Shown: piece by piece, positions 18,603-27,417 of the stretch
Numbering within the stretch: the stretch's first letter is position 1
Layout: each line of letters begins with the position of its first letter
Made by a program: the position numbers and the translations under genes
Assembly: GCA_947630075.1 (NCBI GenBank)
Contig: CANRGF010000003.1
Location: 1-43,471, forward strand
DNA length: 43,471 nucleotides
Reading direction: 5' to 3'
DNA from: an uncultured Clostridia bacterium
GTDB taxonomy: Bacteria; Bacillota; Clostridia; Christensenellales; UBA1242
The notes under the pieces: model-generated
The model's input: the letters and a program-made list of their open reading frames with translations, nothing else
Told to the model about the DNA's origin: nothing
Database searches by the model: none

Positions 18603-19319
18603 TTATAATTTATCTTGTGTGTCCTTAAAATTGAAACTTTCGTGCCAACTATGAAAATTTGGGTGAATATAGGTTGTGTTTTTAAACACCAAGTCGTTAT
18701 ATTTTGTGCCCACAAAAATTTTATAAGGAATATATTTATCTAAAGCTTCCCATATTTCGTCAACGAGTGAAGCTTGCAACACACTGAAATATTGCGACCT
18801 TTCATCTTCCACATATTTCAAAATATATTCAGTGCCTCGCCTTAACTTAAATTTTTCGTCTAGCGAAAGGCAGGTGCTATCGCAAATATTGCCCAATCTA
18901 TCTGCCAATTTCAAAACGAGTGCATAGTCGGACATGGCAACCATCTTCTCAGCAAGATAATTGTCTTTGCCTTTTTCATTTTTTTCGTAGTTTACAGTTG
19001 TTACATCTTGCACCAGCCCGGCAACCACTTCACCAAACTTTTTTTCCAAAATTTTTGGGCAAGTATAAGTGTCTTCGAGAGTGTCATGCAAATAGGCAGC
19101 GGCAACAAGCATTGGAAGAACTTCCACATCTTCTTTCCTTCCATATTTCATCACCATTTTTTTCAAGATTTCCGCCACCATCTTAGGATGCTCAATATAA
19201 GGAGTTTTGCCATCCTTTCTAAACTGATGGCGGTGTTTCTTTTTTGCAAACTTTAACGCTTCGTTTTCGTCTAAAACTTTTTCTTTTCTTTTGAATAGAC
19301 GGTCTAAAATTAAACCCAC
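18603..19319 (-). CDS. HD-domain (p)ppGpp hydrolase-like protein (small alarmone hydrolase/Mesh1 type)
   Basis: H..Q.RK.G.TPYI.HP, LHDTLEDT, FG..VA.LV..VT, KLADRL.N; no synthetase domain. Confidence 0.85.
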   Translation of the reverse strand: MGLILDRLFKRKEKVLDENEALKFAKKKHRHQFRKDGKTPYIEHPKMVAEILKKMVMKYGRKEDVEVLPMLVAAAYLHDTLEDTYTCPKILEKKFGEVVAGLVQDVTTVNYEKNEKGKDNYLAEKMVAMSDYALVLKLADRLGNICDSTCLSLDEKFKLRRGTEYILKYVEDERSQYFSVLQASLVDEIWEALDKYIPYKIFVGTKYNDLVFKNTTYIHPNFHSWHESFNFKDTQDKL

Positions 19320-19451
19320 CTTTCACCACCTTTTGCAAAAGACTTCAAATTTAATCTTGCCTATTCGTAATATTATATCATAAAAAGCAAGTTTGTCAAC
19401 AAACAAACCTTGAATTTTGTGGGTTTTGTGTGCGTTTTATTTGCGTGAAAA

Positions 19452-19650
19452 ATTGCTAGCCTTTTAAACCTCTGCTTTGCCTATCCATATCTTCCTCGTC
19501 GAAAAATTCGCTTTTGCTCGTTTGCTAAAGCAAACTTCGGCTTTTGCTCTTTTTCTCCTCTTCTCTGCAAAACTTTATTTTGCAGAGATTTTGTGCGTTG
19601 TGGAAGATTGCTAGCCTTTCAAACCTCTGCTTTGCCTATCCATATCTTCC
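19452..19650. repeat. 44-bp direct repeat (19452-19495 and 19607-19650, 1 mismatch) duplicating the 3' end of the 19611-19877 gene
   Basis: ATTGCTAGCCTTT(T/C)AAACCTCTGCTTTGCCTATCCATATCTTCC occurs twice; the 111-bp spacer contains hairpins. Confidence 0.9.
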
Positions 19651-19877
19651 ACAACGATGTCGCAAATTTCGCCAACTGTGGAGCAATATTTAAGCACGTC
19701 CCAAGGTTCATTTGTGTGGAAATGGATTTTTATTGTTTCGCTCGTGGCTCCCAATCCATCACCAACCACAATTAAGCAATCACCTTTAAAGTTTTTCAAA
19801 AAATAATTGCGAATATCATCTTCACTTAAATTTTTGCCTTCAATTAAAAGTTGAGTGTCATATCTAAATTCAATCAT
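19611..19877 (-). CDS. small protein resembling the middle domain of DAK2/FakA kinases
   Basis: FRYDTQLLI.G...GDCLIVVGD...IKIHFHTNEPW.VL.Y....G.I.DIVVEDM.RQ. Confidence 0.65.
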   Translation of the reverse strand: MIEFRYDTQLLIEGKNLSEDDIRNYFLKNFKGDCLIVVGDGLGATSETIKIHFHTNEPWDVLKYCSTVGEICDIVVEDMDRQSRGLKG

Positions 19878-20022
19878 AGTGTCTCCTATGTTTTTTTATT
19901 ATAAAATAAATTTTTGAAAAAGTAAAACAAATTTTATCTCTCAATTTTGCTCTAATTTAAAATTTATTGAAATAAAACAAATAGGTTTGACAAAATTAAT
20001 TTTAGAAAATATAATTATAAAA

Positions 20023-21096
20023 ATGGAAATAAAAGAGGTTAAACTTAATAATTTTAGAAATTATAGTCAAGCAAAAATAGATTTTAAGAATGGTTTAAAT
20101 TTCATTGTTGGCAAAAACGCACAAGGCAAAACAAATTTATTGGAAAGCATATATATTTCAAGCATTGGCAAAAGCCCAAGAATAAGGAAAGATAAATTAA
20201 TCATTAAATTTGGTGAAGAGCGAGCAAAAATTGACATTGATTTTTCCACTCTTGCAGGCAAAAAAAACATTCAAATTTTTTTGGACAAACAAAATAAAAA
20301 GGCAATTAAAATAAACAATCTTAATGTGCTAAAACTAACTGAATTGGTAGGGTGCTTATCTGTGGTTTATTTCAGCCCGGACGAACTAAAACTCATCAAA
20401 GAAGTGCCTGAAGATAGGCGCACCTTTTTAGATATTTCCATAAGCCAGTTTGATAAAAATTATTTATATAACCTATTAAAGTATGATAAAATTTTGCGCC
20501 AGCGAAACACGATTTTGAAGTCTAACGAAAGCATTAATAGCAAGATTGAGCAATTAAAACTTTTCACTCCACAATTAGTTGACACTGCCGAAAAAATCAT
20601 CTTAAAAAGGCTAGAATTTGTGGAAAATTTGCGCCCTATTGCAAAAGAAATTCACAAGAAAATCACGCTAGACGAAAATTTAGAAATTGAATATAGTTAT
20701 AAGCCAAATAACAAGCCTATTAAAGAGGATTTAAGCGAACAATTTGAAAAGATAATAAATAAAGAAATAGAACTTGGATACACTTGCCTTGGTCCGCACC
20801 GTGATGATTTGGAGTTTAAAATTAATGGGTTAGATTGCAAAAATTTTGCAAGCCAAGGTCAGCAGCGCACGGTGGCACTAGTGGTGAAACTCTCTCTCAT
20901 GGAAGTAATAAAAAATGAAATTAATGAATATCCAATTTTGTTGCTTGATGATGTGTTGAGCGAGCTCGATTTGGCAAGGCAAAATAGGCTTTTGGAGTTT
21001 TCCACAAAATATCAAACTCTAATTACTTGCACTAATTTGCCCGAAACAAATTTGCCTTATAATGAAATAAAAATTGAAAATGGTGCAGTTTTATAA
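20023..21096 (+). CDS. recF: DNA replication/repair protein RecF
   Basis: NFRNY, GKNAQGKTNLLE, GPHRDD, SQGQQR, LLLDDVLSELD. Confidence 0.96.
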   Translation: MEIKEVKLNNFRNYSQAKIDFKNGLNFIVGKNAQGKTNLLESIYISSIGKSPRIRKDKLIIKFGEERAKIDIDFSTLAGKKNIQIFLDKQNKKAIKINNLNVLKLTELVGCLSVVYFSPDELKLIKEVPEDRRTFLDISISQFDKNYLYNLLKYDKILRQRNTILKSNESINSKIEQLKLFTPQLVDTAEKIILKRLEFVENLRPIAKEIHKKITLDENLEIEYSYKPNNKPIKEDLSEQFEKIINKEIELGYTCLGPHRDDLEFKINGLDCKNFASQGQQRTVALVVKLSLMEVIKNEINEYPILLLDDVLSELDLARQNRLLEFSTKYQTLITCTNLPETNLPYNEIKIENGAVL

Positions 21097-21148
21097 TTTA
21101 TCCTTGACAAATTGATTTTTTATGATAGAATTAACTTAGGAGCAAAAA

Positions 21149-21484
21149 ATGAACATAGAAGAAAATTTTAATTCAACTTCAAATGAAACTACTAAAAATA
21201 TAAATAATGAAAAATCCAAGCCAATGCTGGCAGATTTAATTTCAAAAAATGCCAAAAAAGCTTTTGGACGCAAAAGACTGAAAGAGAGTTGCCTAACCTG
21301 CCCAGATTGTGGCAACGCTTTGCCTTTCAACTCAATTTTTAGAATATATATGCACTCAAACAGCGAAGATCTTAATTGTTGGTATCAAGCAAATGAATTT
21401 GGTGAGTGTGTGGATAACAACCAAATGCGAGCAGAACGAATTGCAAAATTTAATGGAGAAAATTTTAACGAAGCAAAATTTTAA
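21149..21484 (+). CDS. hypothetical protein with CxxC
   Basis: Own TTGACA/TAGAAT promoter, SD AGGAG and terminator; CLTCPDCG. Confidence 0.65.
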   Translation: MNIEENFNSTSNETTKNINNEKSKPMLADLISKNAKKAFGRKRLKESCLTCPDCGNALPFNSIFRIYMHSNSEDLNCWYQANEFGECVDNNQMRAERIAKFNGENFNEAKF

Positions 21485-21590
21485 TAAAAAGTGGTAAATT
21501 GCCACTTTTTTTTATAAACATTAAAAAATATTTTGAAAATTTAGTTTTATTTGTTATAATCTAATAGAATTCATTAATAGGAGGTTTTTA

Positions 21591-22610
21591 ATGATTTTAT
21601 TAACAGGTGGGCTTGGATATATTGGCTCACACACAGCAGTGGAACTGCTAAACGCAGGCGAAGATGTTGTTTGCTTAGACAACCTTTCAAATAGCGACAT
21701 TTCTGTGAAAGATAAAATTAAGCAAATTGTTAGCAAAACTCGTGAATTGACCGATGAAAATTTTAAAGTTTACATTGGTGATGCTCGCGACTATAAGACA
21801 TTGGACAAAATCTTTTGTGAAAACAAAATCAATTCGGTAATTCATTTTGCAGGGTTAAAGGCGGTTGGGGAATCGGTGGAACTCCCTCTTAAATATTACG
21901 ATAATAACCTTATTTCCACAATTAATCTGCTTGAAGTGATGAAAAATCACGGTGTTAAAAATTTCGTGTTTAGCTCATCAGCAACAGTTTATGGTGTGGC
22001 AAAGTCTATGCCAATCTATGAAAAATTTGAAACAGGTGCAGTTACCAACCCTTATGGGCGCACAAAATATTTCATTGAAGAAATATTAAAAGATGTTTAT
22101 GCTAGCGATAAATCTTTCAACATTATCATTTTAAGATATTTCAACCCAATTGGAGCGCATGATAGTGGTCTAATCGGTGAAAATCCTAATGGAATTCCAA
22201 ACAATCTTATGCCATACATTTCCCGTGTGGCAACAGGCAAACTTGAATATTTAAGTGTGTTTGGTGATGACTACAACACTCATGACGGCACAGGCGTGAG
22301 GGATTATATCCATGTGGTTGATTTGGCGCTTGGTCATGTGAAGGCTGTAAAAAAATTAAAGTCTAAATGTGGGCTAAAAATATACAATCTTGGCACGGGC
22401 GTTGGCTATTCAGTGCTAGATATTGTGAATGCCTACAACAAAGTGTGCGGTGGCAAGGTTAAATATAAGATTGTTGGGCGCAGGCCGGGCGATATAGATA
22501 TCTGCTATGCAAATGCAGATAAAGCAAAAAAAGAGCTTGGTTGGGTGGCAGAAAGAAATCTTGAAAATATGTGCAAAACGAGTTATAACTTTGAAAAGAA
22601 AAATAAATAG
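21591..22610 (+). CDS. galE: UDP-glucose 4-epimerase
   Basis: TGGLGYIGSH, HFAGLKAVGES, FSSSATVYG, YGRTK, LRYFNP.GAH, RDYIHV.DLA.GH. Confidence 0.97.
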   Translation: MILLTGGLGYIGSHTAVELLNAGEDVVCLDNLSNSDISVKDKIKQIVSKTRELTDENFKVYIGDARDYKTLDKIFCENKINSVIHFAGLKAVGESVELPLKYYDNNLISTINLLEVMKNHGVKNFVFSSSATVYGVAKSMPIYEKFETGAVTNPYGRTKYFIEEILKDVYASDKSFNIIILRYFNPIGAHDSGLIGENPNGIPNNLMPYISRVATGKLEYLSVFGDDYNTHDGTGVRDYIHVVDLALGHVKAVKKLKSKCGLKIYNLGTGVGYSVLDIVNAYNKVCGGKVKYKIVGRRPGDIDICYANADKAKKELGWVAERNLENMCKTSYNFEKKNK

Positions 22611-22630
22611 TGGCACTTGCCACTATTTTT
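22605..22630. terminator. bidirectional terminator between galE and dnaA
   Basis: AAATAGTGGCA ct TGCCACTATTT. Confidence 0.75.
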
Positions 22631-23973
22631 TATGATTTCATCAATCTTGATTTTATGTCGTTCACCAAAACTTTTGTGTGTGGGTTGGTTTTTATTTGAT
22701 TTGAAATTTTATCACGCGCGTGCATCACTGTGGTGTGGTCTCTTCCAAATATTGACCCTATTGCAGTGAGAGGAATATTAAGCAAATCATTGATTAAATA
22801 TATGCACATCTGCCTTGGCTCAACAATTTCTTTATTTCGCTTATTTCCAACCAAATCTTCTCTCGAAACTTTAAAGAACTCACATATTGTGGAAATAATT
22901 TTATCTGCATCAAGCTCGTTATGTTTCACTTCACCATAATCTTTTAGTGCTTCTTTCGCATCTTCTATTGACGAAGTGTTTTTTCCAAGCAGACTTGCAT
23001 AAAACACAACCTTAGACAAAAGCCCTTCCATTTCTCTTATGTTTGTGCTTGTCTTTTGAGCGATGAAATCTACCACATCGTTGTCTATCAAAAACCCTTC
23101 TTGTGCACATTTTTTCTTTATAATTGCCACTTTTGTTTCATAGTCTGGCTCTTGAATATCTTGGATAAGTCCGCTAGAGAAACGGCTTCTAAGCCTTTCT
23201 TCAAGTGCACTCATTTCTTTTGGCGGACGGTCGGACGCTATGATTATTTGTTTGTTGTTTTGATATAGTTCGTTATATGTGTTGAAAAACTCTTCTTGAA
23301 TTCCCGTTTTGTTTGAAATGAATTGAATATCATCCACCATCAACACGTCAACGTTTCTATACTTTTCTCTAAAATCGTTTGTGCTATTGCTCTTCACATT
23401 TTTTAGGCTTTCAACATAGTCGTTAGTGAACTTTTCACAAGTTACATAAAGCACATTCAAATTTGGTTGATGTTCGTTTAAATAGTTGCCAACTGCATGA
23501 AGTAAGTGCGTTTTGCCAAGACCAACTCCACCATATATAAATAGCGGATTAAATTTTTCGCTTGGTTTTTCTGCCACGCTCTGCATGGCCGCACACACCA
23601 CTTGATTTGACTTGCCCACAACAAAATTTTCAAATGTATATTTTTTATTAAACTTGCTCTTTAAATTTGAATTATCCTTAGTTTTTTCAATCTCTTCGTC
23701 TTGCTTTCTTAGGCTATCTTCATATTCTTGCTTGTCAGTTATTCTCACAAAGGTGTATGGAGTGAATTCTGTGCGTACGGCCTTGGTTAATTTTTCAAAA
23801 ATTGCAGGTTGGTTAACCTGATTTTTTGCAGTAACGCTAGGCGCAATTAAAACCAATTCATCATTCACATATTGCACAGGTTGAAGATTGCTTATCCACA
23901 AATCAAAATTGACGGCAGTAACTTCATTTTCCACCCTATTCAACACTTTTTTCCACTGACTATCTAGCAACAT
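22630..23973 (-). CDS. dnaA: chromosomal replication initiator DnaA
   Basis: YTFENFVVG.SN, NPLFIYGGVGLGKTHL, DDIQF, RLRSRF, NIREMEG, RDHTTVMH. Confidence 0.98.
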   Translation of the reverse strand: MLLDSQWKKVLNRVENEVTAVNFDLWISNLQPVQYVNDELVLIAPSVTAKNQVNQPAIFEKLTKAVRTEFTPYTFVRITDKQEYEDSLRKQDEEIEKTKDNSNLKSKFNKKYTFENFVVGKSNQVVCAAMQSVAEKPSEKFNPLFIYGGVGLGKTHLLHAVGNYLNEHQPNLNVLYVTCEKFTNDYVESLKNVKSNSTNDFREKYRNVDVLMVDDIQFISNKTGIQEEFFNTYNELYQNNKQIIIASDRPPKEMSALEERLRSRFSSGLIQDIQEPDYETKVAIIKKKCAQEGFLIDNDVVDFIAQKTSTNIREMEGLLSKVVFYASLLGKNTSSIEDAKEALKDYGEVKHNELDADKIISTICEFFKVSREDLVGNKRNKEIVEPRQMCIYLINDLLNIPLTAIGSIFGRDHTTVMHARDKISNQIKTNPHTKVLVNDIKSRLMKS

Positions 23974-24054
23974 ACTCTCTCCTAACTTTGACTAATTATA
24001 AAAGATTTGCCGGGTTTTGTCAAATAAATAACAAACTTAAAAAAGCTCTTTAAA

Positions 24055-24260
24055 AATGAGTTTTACACACTGTTTTTGGGGTTTTGCACATATATTTACA
24101 CATATTTATTCACAGTTTATGTGGATAAAATTTTCATATATATTGTAAATAATTAAAAGGTGTTCACAATATATAGTGTTAATTTGGAGTTTTACACATT
24201 TCCACGCCCTATAATATAATAACCACTAACAAAAAAAATAATAAAATAAAAAAATATCTT
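24055..24260. other. oriC: DnaA-box cluster and unwinding region
   Basis: Perfect box TGTGGATAA (24120-24128), TTATTCACA (24106-24114), degenerate TTTTACACA (24061, 24190) and TTTTGCACA (24082). At 24190-24255: box pair + CCC + trinucleotide-like TATAATATAATAACCACTAAC + A-rich tract, resembling B. subtilis incC. Confidence 0.85.
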
Positions 24261-24438
24261 GGCGTGTGATTTGGCAAGGCATTATTTTCTATGTAAATTT
24301 ATAGATACTGATAAGCAACAAATTTAATTAAATATTAATCAAAAATTTTCTACAAAATTTCACAAATTATTTGACATTTTTATGGCGATTTGATAATATT
24401 GTGTTGTAATATAAATAAGGGGTTAAAGGGAGCGTAAA

Positions 24439-25536
24439 ATGAAATTCAAATGTGATGGCTTAGAGTTAAGCGAGGCGATAGGAGTTGTGTCCAAGGCCAT
24501 TAGCAGCAAAACCACTTCTCAAATTCTTGAAGGAATCAAATTGGTGTGTGAAGAGGATAAATTAATCCTCACTTCAACCGACCTTGAAATGAGCGTTGAA
24601 AAGACGATTCGTGCCGAGGTGATGAACGCTGGGCAAACGGTTGTGCCAGGAAGGCTATTTGGTGAATATATCAAGAAGTTGACCAACGAGCAAATTGAAT
24701 GTGAGCTTAATGAAAAAAATCAATTAAGAATTGCATATACAGATAGTGAAGGCTCTATTCAGTGCATGGACATAAACGAGTTTCCTGAAATTCGCGAGAT
24801 TGAAAAAACCAACTATTTTGAAATTTCTAAGGACAATTTAAAATCATTAGTAAACAATGTGTTTTACGCTGTGGCTCAAGATGATTCTAGGCCGGTGCTT
24901 AAAGGCATTTTGATTGAAACTAATGGCTCAGACATTCGTGCAGTGGCTGTGGACGGATGCAGGCTAAGCATTTCAAACAAAAAGCTTGAAAATAGCACGG
25001 GTGATTTCAAAATTATTGTGCCGGGCAGAAACCTAAATGAAATTTGCAAAATGCTTGATAGTGAAGGCAATATTAAAGTGTATGTTCACACAAATAACAT
25101 TATGGTTGATATTGGCGACACAATTGTGATGAACCGCTTGATTGATGGTCAGTTTATCAACTACAAGCAAATTTTACCAAAAGATTTTGGCACTGTGGTT
25201 ACTATCAATAAAGAGCAGTTTGAAGACGCTATTGATAGGGCAAGTGTTTTATCTAGGGTGGATAAAAACAACTTGGTTAAGTTTGACATTAAAGAAAAGA
25301 ATTTAATGCTTACTTCAAATAGTGAAATTGGCTCAACAAAAGAAAACATTACTGTTGGATTAAAAGGCAGTGATTTGGTGATTTCGTTCAATTCAAAATA
25401 TTTTTCAGATTGCTTGCGTGTGATAGATAATCCTTATATAAAATTAAACTTCAATAGTGCAATTCAGCCATGCGTGATAACTCCTAGCGAAGGAAATGAT
25501 TATTTATTCTTAATATTACCTGTTAAAGCAAAATAG
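24439..25536 (+). CDS. dnaN: DNA polymerase III beta sliding clamp
   Basis: ILEGI, TDLE, SRPVLKG, AVDG.RL, RLIDGQF.NY, FN.KY, LILPV. Confidence 0.97.
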   Translation: MKFKCDGLELSEAIGVVSKAISSKTTSQILEGIKLVCEEDKLILTSTDLEMSVEKTIRAEVMNAGQTVVPGRLFGEYIKKLTNEQIECELNEKNQLRIAYTDSEGSIQCMDINEFPEIREIEKTNYFEISKDNLKSLVNNVFYAVAQDDSRPVLKGILIETNGSDIRAVAVDGCRLSISNKKLENSTGDFKIIVPGRNLNEICKMLDSEGNIKVYVHTNNIMVDIGDTIVMNRLIDGQFINYKQILPKDFGTVVTINKEQFEDAIDRASVLSRVDKNNLVKFDIKEKNLMLTSNSEIGSTKENITVGLKGSDLVISFNSKYFSDCLRVIDNPYIKLNFNSAIQPCVITPSEGNDYLFLILPVKAK

Positions 25537-25589
25537 TGGCCTCTGCCACTTTTTTATACCACTTTCAAACTATGATTTTGGAGAGATTT

Positions 25590-26453
25590 ATGGATAAAGA
25601 AAAACAATTAATTTTAGATGCGGCAAATCAATATACAGAATATATAACAACAAACATTCCACAAACCCAAAATGATGAGGTTAAATATTATTTCAGTGGC
25701 TCACTTGCTATGCTTTTAATTATGGGTGCTAAATCTTTTTTAAGAGGTACTGTGGCTGACAAAAAGTTTAAGCAAAGGGGTGAAAATATAGAAATTGACT
25801 CATCTTCTAAATCTTGCTTAGAGGAAGGAATTAGAACTTCTTCTAGCGGAGATGTGGATGTTGTGGAAATTGAAGATGACTATTTCTTAAGGTTTTCATC
25901 TATATACAACACAAAAAGAGTTAGGGAAAATTGCAGTCTAACAAAAACTTTATTTCCAACTTGGAGAGAAGGCCAAAACGGGAGCATGTATCTTGACCTT
26001 TTAAATGATGACAGAAAGATTAATGCTCATAACATAGCTAGCATAACATTAAAGGACGGCACTAAAGTCTATACGATTGACCCAGTTGATTTAATTTTCC
26101 ACAAATTTGCAGACGCCATTTCAGCGCTCAGAACTAGCGAAAATGCCAAAGCAAAAGGTGAGAGAAATGAATATTATGATAAAAAATATGAGAAAGACAT
26201 AAAAGATTTTTGCTCACTAGCGAATGGAATTTTGCCTTTAATTAAGAATTTTAATGTGAGTGAAACTTTAGATGAAATTCTAACTAATAACGAACAATCC
26301 GCCATTAAATCATTGGTTGAAAGGAAAGACGAAGAGAGTGTTAGAAAATTTTATCAAGATTGCAAGCCTCATATAAAAAGTGGAAATGAACAACTCTTTA
26401 AAAAACTATTTGAAGAAATATTAAATAGATTTGCTTTAGTTAAAAGTTTATAA
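25590..26453 (+). CDS. hypothetical protein with putative pol-beta-like nucleotidyltransferase motifs
   Basis: YYFSGSLA...R....DVDVV...IDPVDLIFHK...K..KD..D; SD GGAGAG. Confidence 0.45.
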   Translation: MDKEKQLILDAANQYTEYITTNIPQTQNDEVKYYFSGSLAMLLIMGAKSFLRGTVADKKFKQRGENIEIDSSSKSCLEEGIRTSSSGDVDVVEIEDDYFLRFSSIYNTKRVRENCSLTKTLFPTWREGQNGSMYLDLLNDDRKINAHNIASITLKDGTKVYTIDPVDLIFHKFADAISALRTSENAKAKGERNEYYDKKYEKDIKDFCSLANGILPLIKNFNVSETLDEILTNNEQSAIKSLVERKDEESVRKFYQDCKPHIKSGNEQLFKKLFEEILNRFALVKSL

Positions 26454-26526
26454 AAATAGTGGATTGCTCCACTTTTTTATTATTTAACATTATATTTTTA
26501 GTGCAAAATATGATATAATTAAAAAC

Positions 26527-27417
26527 ATGAAAGCAGATGATGTTGAAGAGAGCTTGAGAAAGCGTTTTAAAAAGGAGTTGTTTTCCCCTTTTTGCAAGGC
26601 AATTAATAAATATGATTTAATTCAACCCAACGATAAAATTGCAGTGTGTATTTCTGGTGGGAAGGATAGTTTTTTGCTTGCCAAACTTTTCCAAGAATTA
26701 AAGCGTAGGCGCAATTTTATGGAAAGCAAAGAAGAAAACTTAAAAACCTCAGCAAATGACGAGTTAGACCATAATGGGAAAAATAAAGAAAACAGGAGTT
26801 TTGAACTCGTGTTTTTGGTGATGGACCCCGGATATTCAAAAACTCATCGCAAGCAAATTGAAGATAACGCTAAATTATTAAACATTCCTATCAAAATTTT
26901 TAAATCGACCATTTTTGAAAATGTGGAAAACATTGAAAAATCTCCGTGCTATATTTGTGCGCGTATGAGGCGCGGATATTTGTATAGCGAAGCAAAAAAA
27001 TTAGGCTGCAACAAAATTGCGCTCGGACATCATTATGACGACGTGATTGAAACTATTTTGATGGGAGTTATTTTTAGCGGACAATTCCAAACCATGATGC
27101 CAAAACTTAAAAGCACCAATTTTGAGGGAATGGAATTAATTAGGCCAATGTATTTAATTAGAGAGAAAGATATTTTGGCTTGGAAAAAATATAACAACTT
27201 AAATTTTTTGCAATGTGCTTGCAAATTCACAGAGAAAAATAAAGATGTTGAAAACAATTCAATGAGGCTAAAAATTAAAAATTTGATAGCCGATTTGGCA
27301 AAAGAAAACCCTCTTATTGAGGGCAACATCTTTAAGAGTGTGGAGAATGTGAACCTTTCCACAATCATTTCATATAAAGATAAATTTGGTGAGCATAATT
27401 TTTTGGATAATTATTAA
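26527..27417 (+). CDS. ttcA: tRNA 2-thiocytidine biosynthesis TtcA-family protein
   Basis: PP-loop SGGKDS, SPCYICARMRRG, KIALGHH.DD, LIRP, CAC. Confidence 0.88.
   Translation: MKADDVEESLRKRFKKELFSPFCKAINKYDLIQPNDKIAVCISGGKDSFLLAKLFQELKRRRNFMESKEENLKTSANDELDHNGKNKENRSFELVFLVMDPGYSKTHRKQIEDNAKLLNIPIKIFKSTIFENVENIEKSPCYICARMRRGYLYSEAKKLGCNKIALGHHYDDVIETILMGVIFSGQFQTMMPKLKSTNFEGMELIRPMYLIREKDILAWKKYNNLNFLQCACKFTEKNKDVENNSMRLKIKNLIADLAKENPLIEGNIFKSVENVNLSTIISYKDKFGEHNFLDNY

Noticed and set aside
19452-19650. DGR template/variable repeat pair (the single mismatch is at an A in the downstream copy)
   Set aside because: Only 44 bp with one synonymous mismatch, and no reverse transcriptase or Avd gene in the window.
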